From assembly GCA_965657335.1 (NCBI GenBank), contig CBFHOH010000015.1, forward strand, positions 6,436-70,435: 64,000 nt of DNA. Direction: 5' to 3'. Shown one piece after another: positions 48,186 to 57,291 of the stretch. The position numbers and the translations under genes were made by a program. Origin of the DNA: Candidatus Azotimanducaceae bacterium (lineage in GTDB: Bacteria > Pseudomonadota > Gammaproteobacteria > Pseudomonadales > Azotimanducaceae). The notes beneath the pieces are model-generated. The model did no database searches. It was not told the DNA's origin and saw nothing but the letters and a program-made list of their open reading frames with translations. Each line of letters starts with the position of its first letter. Positions within the stretch are counted from its first letter, which is position 1.

Positions 48186-49643
48186 TTAGGTGGTTGTCGG
48201 TTGCTTAATTGCCAAATTTCCCAACAGGCCGAGTCCAAGCGCAGCCATTGAAACAGATACAACAGGTGTGAGGTAGTTAAAAAAGGCGTAGGGGAGATAA
48301 TCAAGCACAGGCACGCCAAGCGTCGCGGCGTAAAAAGCACCGGCCGTGGTCCAAGGAATAAGTCCGGTAGTCACTGTCGAACCTTCCTCGACGCTCCGGG
48401 ACAACAGACTTGAGTCAAGCTTCATTGCGTCGAACGAACCCCTGAACAACTGGCAGTTCAGAATGATGCTGATATATGCCTCACCCATTGCAATGTTGCC
48501 AACAAAGCCTGACGCAATGGTCAGCGCGATGAGCGATGTTGTGCGTTTAATCTGATTTATCATGCCGGAAAGTAACACCGCTAAAAATCCCCCGCCGAAT
48601 AATACGCCGCCGAGGGCCAAAGCCATCAGCGAAAGTAGCAGCGTCCAGCTCATGCTTGTGATGCCCCCACGACCCAGCAAATTATCGATAGACTCAATAC
48701 CAGTAGTACCCGGAGTGTTCGACCAGAGTGCATTGGCCACAGCGATAGAAGACGATTGTTGATACGCGATAGCAATGATCGTTGCGGTAACGATGCTTGC
48801 GGTCATGCTCACTTGAGGAGAATATCGCTTAAGGCTCATGACTAACATGACCAAAAGTGGTAACAAGGTGATCACAGGGTTGAGCTTGTAAGTTTGATCT
48901 AGCGCGTCTCTGATCTCAGCAATGTTGGCGCTTGGTAAACGATTGTCGGCGTAGGATGCGCCTATAACGAGTAAAATGACGGAGACAATCAGTAAGGTTG
49001 GAACTGTCGTGATTAACATCGTTCTAATGTGAGTATAGAGGTTCGTTTCTGCACTCATCGCGGCAAGATTCGTCGTATCCGAGACGGGAGACATTTTATC
49101 GCCAAATGTCGCGCCGGAGACGATCATGCCGGCTACAATGGGTAGTGGTATTTGCAGCGCCTCACCAATGCCGATGAACACAACACCTAGTGTGCCCACC
49201 GTACCCCACGAGGTGCCTGTAGCAACAGACATCAGGCAGCAAAGTATGAGCCCGCTGAAAAGGAAAAACGAAGGCTCGAGTATTCCTAAACCATAATAAA
49301 TCAACATGGCAATGGTGCCACTCTGCATGAAACTTGCGATGACCATGCCGATAAGGATGAAGATATAAATTGCCGGTAACGCCCGGGTGATCGCTCGGCT
49401 CATCATGTCCTGAATATCTGCATAGCTGTATCGAAGCATCGCTGTGTTGGTGACAGCCCAGATCAGACAGGCAAAGATTATCGTGTGAAGACTGATGCCA
49501 AACACGAATAAGCCAAGCGAAATAAATCCGACAATTGGTAGAAAGCAAAACAATGCATGAAACAGACTCGGTTGCCTTGCGTCGGGAGATGTTCTGGCTT
49601 GAGTGTCGGGCGTTTGCAATGCTGCGGAGTCAGATTTGGGCAT
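48186..49643 (-). CDS. NhaC-family Na+/H+ antiporter
   Basis: GTSWGTVGTLGVVFIGIGEALQIPLPIVAGMIVSGATFGDKMSPVSDTTNLAA is the NhaC signature region. Confidence 0.8.
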   Translation of the reverse strand: MPKSDSAALQTPDTQARTSPDARQPSLFHALFCFLPIVGFISLGLFVFGISLHTIIFACLIWAVTNTAMLRYSYADIQDMMSRAITRALPAIYIFILIGMVIASFMQSGTIAMLIYYGLGILEPSFFLFSGLILCCLMSVATGTSWGTVGTLGVVFIGIGEALQIPLPIVAGMIVSGATFGDKMSPVSDTTNLAAMSAETNLYTHIRTMLITTVPTLLIVSVILLVIGASYADNRLPSANIAEIRDALDQTYKLNPVITLLPLLVMLVMSLKRYSPQVSMTASIVTATIIAIAYQQSSSIAVANALWSNTPGTTGIESIDNLLGRGGITSMSWTLLLSLMALALGGVLFGGGFLAVLLSGMINQIKRTTSLIALTIASGFVGNIAMGEAYISIILNCQLFRGSFDAMKLDSSLLSRSVEEGSTVTTGLIPWTTAGAFYAATLGVPVLDYLPYAFFNYLTPVVSVSMAALGLGLLGNLAIKQPTTT

Positions 49644-49851
49644 CAGGGTTGAGTCCTTAACGGGTTGAATGATGAGTCGCCAGCGGTTTCAACACAGGGT
49701 ATCAATGGTAATTGACGACCGCAATTCATCTGCCTGGCCGTTTTTAATCTGCGAATTGTACCCGTCTGTCGGTAGAATTCCTGACTTCATTTGTTTTTGC
49801 CATTACGATAGAGGTGTGATCGCACGCTTAGGTCATACAGGCTGGCTGCAA

Positions 49852-50457
49852 ATGCGTAAAAAGTCTATGAACTCACAAAGTGTCAAAGGTGTAACTATGA
49901 TTCGATTTCTGATTGCGGCGGTATCAATTCTATCGTTTGGCGGGCTCCTGAGCGGGTGTGTGCAGGGTGCCGGTGGTGCCGGTGATTCGACCGCGAATAT
50001 GGCATCGATAAGTGATGGCAAGTACAAACGTCCGTCAGACGCCGAAATCAAGTCAATGCTGACGCCCTTGCAATATGATGTTACCCAGCATGAAGGCACT
50101 GAGCGCCCCTACAGCAATGATTATTGGGAGCAAAAAGATGAGGGTATCTATGTTGATATTGTCAGCGGTGAGCCCTTATTTAGCTCTACGCACAAATATG
50201 ACTCGAAGACAGGATGGCCGAGCTTCTACCGCGCGATCGATGATCGTTTCATAGTCGAGAAAAAAGACTATAAAATGATACTGCCTCGCACCGAGATTCG
50301 TAGCGCGATCGGTGATTCGCATCTGGGCCACGTGTTTAACGACGGTCCCAGACCTACTGGTTTGCGCTATTGCATGAACTCGGCGTCGTTAAGGTTTATT
50401 CCTCGGGCCGCATTAGCCGAAGAGGGCTATGGCGATTACGCCACGCTATTCAAGTAA
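49852..50457 (+). CDS. msrB: Peptide-methionine (R)-S-oxide reductase MsrB, lipoprotein form
   Basis: [15 protein letters not shown] and RYCMNS motifs. Lipobox LLSGC. The start is uncertain (49852, 49867 or 49897). The track start at 49669 is implausible. Confidence 0.85.
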   Translation: MRKKSMNSQSVKGVTMIRFLIAAVSILSFGGLLSGCVQGAGGAGDSTANMASISDGKYKRPSDAEIKSMLTPLQYDVTQHEGTERPYSNDYWEQKDEGIYVDIVSGEPLFSSTHKYDSKTGWPSFYRAIDDRFIVEKKDYKMILPRTEIRSAIGDSHLGHVFNDGPRPTGLRYCMNSASLRFIPRAALAEEGYGDYATLFK

Positions 50458-50489
50458 ACCGTGTCAAGCGGTTCGACGCAGATAGCGTG

Positions 50490-51809
50490 TCACTTTGACG
50501 AGATATCTGCCAATGCCTTTTCAAGGGCGTTGGCTATGAGGTCTATCTCCGTTTCACCGATAATGTACGGGGCACCGATACATAAAATATCTCTGTACTC
50601 TCCCGTGCCGCCTGGATAAAAAAACACGCCCGCTTCGATCGCCGCTGACATCATCCTACTGGTGATATCCTCGCTCTCTGCAAACGGTTCTAGGGTGTCC
50701 CGATTTTTGACTACTTCGATACCAATGAGCATGCCTTGTCCCCTGATCTCAGCAACCAGAGGATGCTGAGAAAACTGATCCTGAAGACGGTTGAGCAAAG
50801 CGGCGCCGGTCGACCTGCACTTTTCAAGTAGTGATTCCCGTCTTAGAATCTCCAGCACGCAAGTTGCTGCGGCACAGGATTGGGGTAATGCACCGAAAGT
50901 GTGGAACATGACCTGCAGACCGCTGGCACTTATTGAATCGGAGATCTCTTCTCTGCCATAAACACCGGCAATCGCGGCGTAACCACCGGCCATGCCCTTA
51001 CCAGCAACCATCAAATCGGCTTCGATACCGAAGGTTTCGCAACCAAACTTATCGCCGGTGCGTCCGAAACCGGTCATAACCTCATCCATAATCAGCAGAA
51101 TGCCATTATCTTTTAGAATTTTTTGTGCCTGTTCCCAATAGCCTGGCGGCGCCATGATTGCGCCGCCACTTGAGCCATTCATCGGTTCGGCTATGAGCGC
51201 AGCGATATTTTCAGGCCCGACCGATGCAATCGTCTGTTTCAAATCATCAATATAATAGTCTGTTGCATCCTCGTGGTATCGACCGAGTGGACACCTAAGT
51301 GGGTTCGGGGTTTTGATTTGGTGATATGTGTCGAGGATGGACTCAAGGCCTTTTTTGCGACTTGCATGACCGGAAATCGCGGCGGTGGTGATCGTTGTGC
51401 CATGGTAAGAAAGACTGCGCGACAATATCTTGTTGCGTTTCGGGTTACCTTGGCTAGCGTGATACTGAATTGCTATTTTAACGGCAGCCTCATTGGCCTC
51501 TGAGCCGCCTGAGGCTAGATGAATGCGATTGAGATGTGGGGGTAGCCAATGTTCTGTCAGTTCTTTGATTAAATTCTCTCGTTCGGGTGTGAGCCAGAGC
51601 GGAATGACAAAAGAGGCGTTAACCAGAGCATCTCTGACCGCATTGGCCACCTCCTGTCGGCCATGGCCAATGTTTGCAACGACGGCGCCACCGGCAGCAT
51701 CGAGAATTTTTTTACCATCTTTGCGGTATAAATATGCGCCCTCTGCATGGGTGATTTCGATGGGAGTTTGGGCCGGTAAAAACGGCCATTTAACATTTTG
51801 CTCGGACAT
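50490..51809 (-). CDS. Class III (omega) aminotransferase
   Basis: LIMDEVMTGFGRTG and MVAGKGMAGGY (PLP lysine region). Confidence 0.85.
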   Translation of the reverse strand: MSEQNVKWPFLPAQTPIEITHAEGAYLYRKDGKKILDAAGGAVVANIGHGRQEVANAVRDALVNASFVIPLWLTPERENLIKELTEHWLPPHLNRIHLASGGSEANEAAVKIAIQYHASQGNPKRNKILSRSLSYHGTTITTAAISGHASRKKGLESILDTYHQIKTPNPLRCPLGRYHEDATDYYIDDLKQTIASVGPENIAALIAEPMNGSSGGAIMAPPGYWEQAQKILKDNGILLIMDEVMTGFGRTGDKFGCETFGIEADLMVAGKGMAGGYAAIAGVYGREEISDSISASGLQVMFHTFGALPQSCAAATCVLEILRRESLLEKCRSTGAALLNRLQDQFSQHPLVAEIRGQGMLIGIEVVKNRDTLEPFAESEDITSRMMSAAIEAGVFFYPGGTGEYRDILCIGAPYIIGETEIDLIANALEKALADISSK

Positions 51810-52016
51810 GCTTTGTTTTGCCTTCGTTTTTAAACCGGGATGAGATTTCGCGGAGCTTCAGCGGCTAGAAAGAATAATGCACTCAATTGCAATATTAGGA
51901 AACTGTAATCAAGGTTATATCAATTGTTGTGTCATGCACGTCCGGTGTATAGTTTTAAATCGCTTCGATAGAATGTAAGCAAATTTCAAATATTTTTAAC
52001 GAATAGGAAACCAACC

Positions 52017-53288
52017 ATGGATCATGATATTCCGGCTGACCTTCAGGCTTACTTGGCTGAACTTGATGAATTTATCGAGAACGAAATTATTCCGTTGGAA
52101 CAAAAAGATGACAATATTCGCTTCTTTGATCACCGACGCGAGGACGCCAGAACTGATTGGGAACGTGGTGGATTGCCCAATGATGAGTGGGAGGCCTTGC
52201 TTGAAACAGCCAAAGCTACGGCTGACGCCGCGGGTCACTTCAGGTATGCATTGTCCTCTGAATACGGCGGCAAGAATGGTAACAACCTCGACATGGCGAT
52301 TATTCGCGAGCACTTAGCAACGCGAGGGCTTGGTTTACATAACGATCTACAAAACGAACATTCTATCGTCGGTAATAGTGTAGGGCTGTTGTTGATGCTT
52401 AATTATGGCACGCCCGAACAACAAGCAGAGTGGGTACCTGAAATGCTTGAGCGAAAGCGGGGCTTTGCATTTGGTATCACTGAACCAGACCATGGGTCCG
52501 ATGCAACGCATATGGAAACGACGGCGGTCCGTGATGGTGATGGATGGCGGATTAATGGTGCAAAAACATGGAATACCGGTATTCACAAAGCGCCTTATGA
52601 CATGATCATGGCAAGAACCAGTGGCAAAGCCGGCGATGGCATGGGTATCACAGCGTTTTTGGTGCCTATGAATTCTGAAGGTCTTAAGATTGAGGAAATG
52701 CTCTGGACCTTCAATATGCCGACTGATCACGGCACGGTGTCGTTAAATGAAGTTTATGTGGATAACAATGCCATCTTTGGCGGCGAGGGACGCGGCTTGC
52801 AGGTCGTTCAGCATTTCTTTAATGAGAACAGAATCAGACAGGCAGCCTCGAGTCTTGGTGCCGCACAATTTTGTATCAACGAGTCGGTTAAATATGCTCA
52901 GGAGCGTAAGCCTTTTGGAAAGCCATTGGCTGTCAACCAAGGTGTACAGTTTCCTTTAGTCGAGCTCCAGTCGCAGGCGGAAATGCTACGGGCGCTGATT
53001 CACAAGACGGCATGGCAGATGGATAAATACGGCAATTTTGAAGTCTCCGATAAGGTATCTATGTGTAACTATATTGCTAACCGGTTGTGCTGTGACGCAG
53101 CTGACCGAGCAATGCAAACCCATGGCGGGCTAGGTTATTCCAGGCACAAGCCGTTCGAACATATATATCGCCATCACCGTCGATATAGAATCACCGAAGG
53201 CGCAGAAGAAATTCAAATGCGTCGGATCGCTGGATATATGTTTGGCTTCATGAATCAACAGAAACCCAAGGGTGTGACGGACGATTAG
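52017..53288 (+). CDS. Acyl-CoA dehydrogenase
   Basis: GITEPDHGSDA, TWNTG, QTHGGLGYS and RITEGAEEIQ motifs. Confidence 0.9.
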   Translation: MDHDIPADLQAYLAELDEFIENEIIPLEQKDDNIRFFDHRREDARTDWERGGLPNDEWEALLETAKATADAAGHFRYALSSEYGGKNGNNLDMAIIREHLATRGLGLHNDLQNEHSIVGNSVGLLLMLNYGTPEQQAEWVPEMLERKRGFAFGITEPDHGSDATHMETTAVRDGDGWRINGAKTWNTGIHKAPYDMIMARTSGKAGDGMGITAFLVPMNSEGLKIEEMLWTFNMPTDHGTVSLNEVYVDNNAIFGGEGRGLQVVQHFFNENRIRQAASSLGAAQFCINESVKYAQERKPFGKPLAVNQGVQFPLVELQSQAEMLRALIHKTAWQMDKYGNFEVSDKVSMCNYIANRLCCDAADRAMQTHGGLGYSRHKPFEHIYRHHRRYRITEGAEEIQMRRIAGYMFGFMNQQKPKGVTDD

Positions 53289-53289
53289 T

Positions 53290-54720
53290 ATGCCGAACGC
53301 TGATGTTGATAAAAAAGATCTTGATCTGGCGATTGGCCAGGTTCTCGATCGGCATGTGGCTGCGTGCCGGAGGCTCATCGGTGTAGAAAGATTATCCGGC
53401 GGGGCAAGCCAGGAGACTTACCGAATCACAATCGAAACCGATGATGGAGAGCAACTACTGGCGATGCGAAGAGCCGCGGGTGGTGTCAAAGTTGAACCCG
53501 TGCCTGGCCATCCCGGGCTTGATGTTGAGGCCCTGTTGATGCAATGCGCGCACGCTGCCTCGGTGCCAGTACCAGAAGTCTATTATGTTCTTCAAGATGA
53601 AGACGGGTTGGGTGATGGTTTCATTATGTCTTGGCTGGAAGGTGAAGCGTTAGGCGCAAGAATCAACCGAGCGCCGCAGTATAGTGCTGTCAGAGAATCA
53701 TTGGCGTATGAATGTGGTAAAAACCTAGCGCGCATCCATCAGATCGACGTCGTAGCGACTGGTCTTGATAAAAAGCTTGCTGAGATTTCCCCTAGGGAGT
53801 TTGTCGAGCAAACCTGGAACAGATATATCGAGTTCAATTCTCCGTGGCCGATGATTGACTACACCGCGCAATGGCTGCTAGAGAATGTGCCGACCGATGA
53901 AGGGTTCTGTCTGGTCCATAACGATTTTCGAAACGGCAATTTCATGATCAACGAGGAAGGCATCATTGCTGTGCTTGACTGGGAATTAGCCCATATTGGT
54001 GACCCAATGCGTGACTTGGGGTGGATCTGCGTAAATTCTTGGCGTTTTGGTAGTGCGGGACCTGTCGGTGGCTTTGGTGAATATGAAGATCTCTTTCGTG
54101 GTTATGAAGAAGTTACTGGTACCAGCATTGACAAGGATCGCGTCAAGTATTGGGAAGTTTTTGGATCTTTCTGGTGGGCCGTCGGGTGTCTTGGCATGGC
54201 GGAACATTACCGAACAGGACCTGACAAAACAGTTGAGCGGCCCGGTATCGGTCGTCGCTCCTCGGAGTGTCAAATCGACTGCGTGAACTTGCTGATACCA
54301 GGAGAGGTTCATGTAATTGCACCTGACTCCGGGTACGACAATCTTGATATGCCGCGAACTGACGAACTGATCAGCAGTGTAAGGGACTTTTTGCGAACAG
54401 AAGTCATGGCGGAAACGGCAGGTAGAACAAACTTTATGGCAAGGGTGGCCTCCAATTCACTTGATATTGTCCTGCGTGAACTCGAACTGGGCGCGCAGGC
54501 AAAACAACAGGAACTCGAAGGTCTTAGGTTGCTTTTGGGTGAACAGGATGACACGGTTGGCTTGGGAGCATTACGGTGGCAATTAACCCGTAAGCTTCGT
54601 AGTGGTGAACAGCCGTTGCAGGACGCGCAGTTGCAGCATCATTTAAGGCAAACGGTGACAAACCAGATCGCGATTGATCAGCCGAGATATTCAGGCTTGA
54701 AAACAGCCTTGGGCAACTAA
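53290..54720 (+). CDS. APH-family phosphotransferase (ACAD-associated kinase)
   Basis: LVHNDFRNGNFMI (HxDxxxxN) and VLDWELAHIGDPMRDLG. It starts 2 nt after the ACAD stop. Confidence 0.8.
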   Translation: MPNADVDKKDLDLAIGQVLDRHVAACRRLIGVERLSGGASQETYRITIETDDGEQLLAMRRAAGGVKVEPVPGHPGLDVEALLMQCAHAASVPVPEVYYVLQDEDGLGDGFIMSWLEGEALGARINRAPQYSAVRESLAYECGKNLARIHQIDVVATGLDKKLAEISPREFVEQTWNRYIEFNSPWPMIDYTAQWLLENVPTDEGFCLVHNDFRNGNFMINEEGIIAVLDWELAHIGDPMRDLGWICVNSWRFGSAGPVGGFGEYEDLFRGYEEVTGTSIDKDRVKYWEVFGSFWWAVGCLGMAEHYRTGPDKTVERPGIGRRSSECQIDCVNLLIPGEVHVIAPDSGYDNLDMPRTDELISSVRDFLRTEVMAETAGRTNFMARVASNSLDIVLRELELGAQAKQQELEGLRLLLGEQDDTVGLGALRWQLTRKLRSGEQPLQDAQLQHHLRQTVTNQIAIDQPRYSGLKTALGN

Positions 54721-54726
54721 GGTGAG

Positions 54727-56046
54727 TTAAAGGCAGCCGTCGGCGCAGACTGCTTGAAGGTGAGCCGCGAGTTCGGATACAGAATGAATCCCTAGTCCCG
54801 CAAGCCCGCCGACAACGGTGCCGTTAATCCTGATAAATTGGAGATCTTTACCAATCTGGATTTCAATTCGTTCCGATGTTGATGTCGGGTCCCAACTCTC
54901 AATAGTTTGGCTGATCAGATTAGCAACTTCATGGCCATAGCTGTCGAGCAGATAGCGGGCGCTGTCTTCGGCCCAACCGTTGATTTTTTCTGCCAGCTTA
55001 TCGTCAGCAAGAATAGATCGACCAAATTTTTCGACGGCTTCCTGAATGGCTTTTTTAAGCTCTGCGTCGGGCGTCTCGCTTTGTTCGAGTAATGCCCTTT
55101 TGATGTCGCTCCACAGTGAACCGGTGAAATCGCGAACGGCGACCTGCTGCAACAGATCCTCTTTTATCGAAATCTCTTTTTCCTTGATGTCGTCAGAATA
55201 TTTCAGATCTTCCATAAACTCATTGCTCATTTGAACGAGTCGAACACGCATTGGATGGAATATGTCGACTTGCATCTCGTAGAGCGCCTTGCTCGTAGAT
55301 TTCATGATCTTTCGATAAACGGCTTTGTCGAGTGAGTTAGGGAACCACCACGGTGTTTCCTGTTGTATTTTTTCTCGCAGTTGATCATCTGAATCTTCCA
55401 GCACACCAAGTGCAATTTTTACGCCTGCGTCAAAAGCGGCCTGCTGCCTTCTGCCTGAAGTAAGAAAAGTAAGTACGTCGCCGATAAGCGGTGCGAATGA
55501 TGTTTCGCGAATTTTGTTTTCGAGCTTGCGCTCGATCATCGCTTGAATATCCTTGTCGTTCATCACCCTGACTACGCCCGCAATACCATCAGTGATTTGT
55601 TCGGCAACAGCGCTTGAATTCGCTGGCTCGATAATCCATGCAGCAACGCGTCGACTCAGATCCATCGACCGAATTTTGCCCGTAATGACTTCCTCGGATA
55701 GAAAGTTTTGCTGCACGAATATGCCGAATTGATCGGCGATCGTGTTCTTCCTGTTTGGGATGATTGCCGTATGGGGTATTTTGAGGCCCATGGGGTAACG
55801 GAAAAGCGCGGTGACAGCAAACCAGTCAGCGAGTGCGCCCACCATGGCAGCCTCTGAGGTAGCCTGAATATAGGGCATGACTGCATGCAGATGCGAGAAC
55901 ACGCTGGAAACAATGTAAATTATTGTCACAAGCAGAAACAAGCCTGAGGCGAGGCGCTTCATCTTGTGTAGTTCGGCCTGTTTTTCCAATTCGAGTTCTG
56001 TAAAGTTTTCCAAAAACATAACGCGGTAGGACCATCGGAGAGGCAA
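54727..56046 (-). CDS. DUF445-family membrane-associated protein
   Basis: ALADWFAVTALFRYPMGLKIPHTAIIPNRK is the DUF445 signature. An alternative Met lies at 56019. Confidence 0.65.
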   Translation of the reverse strand: MPLRWSYRVMFLENFTELELEKQAELHKMKRLASGLFLLVTIIYIVSSVFSHLHAVMPYIQATSEAAMVGALADWFAVTALFRYPMGLKIPHTAIIPNRKNTIADQFGIFVQQNFLSEEVITGKIRSMDLSRRVAAWIIEPANSSAVAEQITDGIAGVVRVMNDKDIQAMIERKLENKIRETSFAPLIGDVLTFLTSGRRQQAAFDAGVKIALGVLEDSDDQLREKIQQETPWWFPNSLDKAVYRKIMKSTSKALYEMQVDIFHPMRVRLVQMSNEFMEDLKYSDDIKEKEISIKEDLLQQVAVRDFTGSLWSDIKRALLEQSETPDAELKKAIQEAVEKFGRSILADDKLAEKINGWAEDSARYLLDSYGHEVANLISQTIESWDPTSTSERIEIQIGKDLQFIRINGTVVGGLAGLGIHSVSELAAHLQAVCADGCL

Positions 56047-56173
56047 TGGGGATCAGCGTGTATTTTAGAGCAATCTGATGCGTTAATGTAGTCGACTTGG
56101 CGCGTCAATGGTTGCAACCATCGCAGTAGCTGTGGTCCCATTGGGACATTAAATTCTCAAGACGGAGTATTAG

Positions 56174-56944
56174 GTGGACGTATTTTCAATGCAGGGCAAG
56201 ACAGTGCTTATCACGGGAGCGTCATCGGGTTTTGGTTCTCACTTTGCTGGCGTGCTCGCTGCAGCTGGAGCAAACGTCGTGCTCGGCGCGAGAAGAGTAG
56301 AAAAAATTGCCGATAGGGTGGCCGAAATTAGAGAAGAAGGGGGTGAGGCGTGTGGTTTTTCCCTTGACGTGCTTGACCGTCAGAGTTGCCTTTCATTTCT
56401 TGAACAGGCGCAAGCCAAGTACGGCAGCCTTGATGTCCTGGTAAACAACGCCGGCGTGGAATCTGGTGCAAAGACCTACTCAATGATCGATGAAGATGAT
56501 TGGGATCATGTGCTCGATACCAATCTGAAGTCTGTTTGGCGCCTCTCAAAAATGTACACAGAAAAAGTGATAGCCAGTGGCAAGAAGGCAGGAAATATTG
56601 TCAATATCGCGTCCATTACCGCCTACAGAACCATCAAGGGGCAATTCCCTTACGCTGTTTCGAAAGCCGCCTTGGTGAAGGCCACCGAGATTATGGCGCT
56701 CGAGGGGGCTCGCTACGGCATTCGGGTGAATGCGCTGGCACCAGGTTACATCCTGACCGATGTCTCGCGGATCCTGCTCGAAGGCGACCGGTCTGACACA
56801 TTTCGAAATCGCATCCCAATGCGTCGTTATGGTGAGTTCGAGGATCTCGACGGGCCGCTGCTGCTTCTTTGCTCAGATGCCTCGAGTTATATGACGGGTT
56901 CAACAACCGTCATCGACGGTGGGCATATTTGCGCAGAACTCTGA
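56174..56944 (+). CDS. SDR-family oxidoreductase
   Basis: ITGASSGFG, NNAG and YAVSKAA motifs. Confidence 0.85.
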   Translation: MDVFSMQGKTVLITGASSGFGSHFAGVLAAAGANVVLGARRVEKIADRVAEIREEGGEACGFSLDVLDRQSCLSFLEQAQAKYGSLDVLVNNAGVESGAKTYSMIDEDDWDHVLDTNLKSVWRLSKMYTEKVIASGKKAGNIVNIASITAYRTIKGQFPYAVSKAALVKATEIMALEGARYGIRVNALAPGYILTDVSRILLEGDRSDTFRNRIPMRRYGEFEDLDGPLLLLCSDASSYMTGSTTVIDGGHICAEL

Positions 56945-57020
56945 GTGTGGGTTGCCGTGGCTTATTGTTGTGTCTCGGGAGCGAAAAGAGCGCACGCAAA
57001 GGATTGCAACAGTCGCGCTC

Positions 57021-57039
57021 ATGAATGATAATGATTCTC
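57021..57039. promoter_or_regulatory. Fur box upstream of feoA
   Basis: ATGAATGATAATGATTCTC matches the consensus GATAATGATAATCATTATC at 14 of 19 positions. It lies 25 nt upstream of the feoA ATG. Confidence 0.6.
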
Positions 57040-57063
57040 AACTAGACAAGTGCCATTTCCAAC

Positions 57064-57291
57064 ATGAACCTCGCTGAACTGAGTGAAAAAATGACCTGTC
57101 GCGTAGTAGATGCGGCGCAAACGAATAGCGAATTGCAAAGCAGACTCTATGCGCTTGGCTTGTATCCCGGTGTGAGAGTCGATGTGCTGCGCTTTGCGCC
57201 TGCCGGTGACCCGATGCAAGTGCGCGTCGGCGGCACTCTGCTCAGCATACGAAAAGCAGAAGCAAACCTCATTTCTGTAGAGACTATCTAA
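57064..57291 (+). CDS. feoA: Ferrous iron transport protein A
   Basis: 75 aa, SH3-like. RLYALGLYPGVRVDVLRFAPAGDPMQVRVGG is the FeoA pattern. Confidence 0.85.
   Translation: MNLAELSEKMTCRVVDAAQTNSELQSRLYALGLYPGVRVDVLRFAPAGDPMQVRVGGTLLSIRKAEANLISVETI

Noticed and set aside
49669-49851. N-terminal 61-residue extension of the MsrB ORF in the track
   Set aside because: The extension is Cys, Phe and Arg rich and not protein-like. A proper signal peptide and lipobox begins after the internal Met residues. Similar over-extended track starts were trimmed for the ORFs at 18018, 41038, 45532, 47022, 24800 and 60856.
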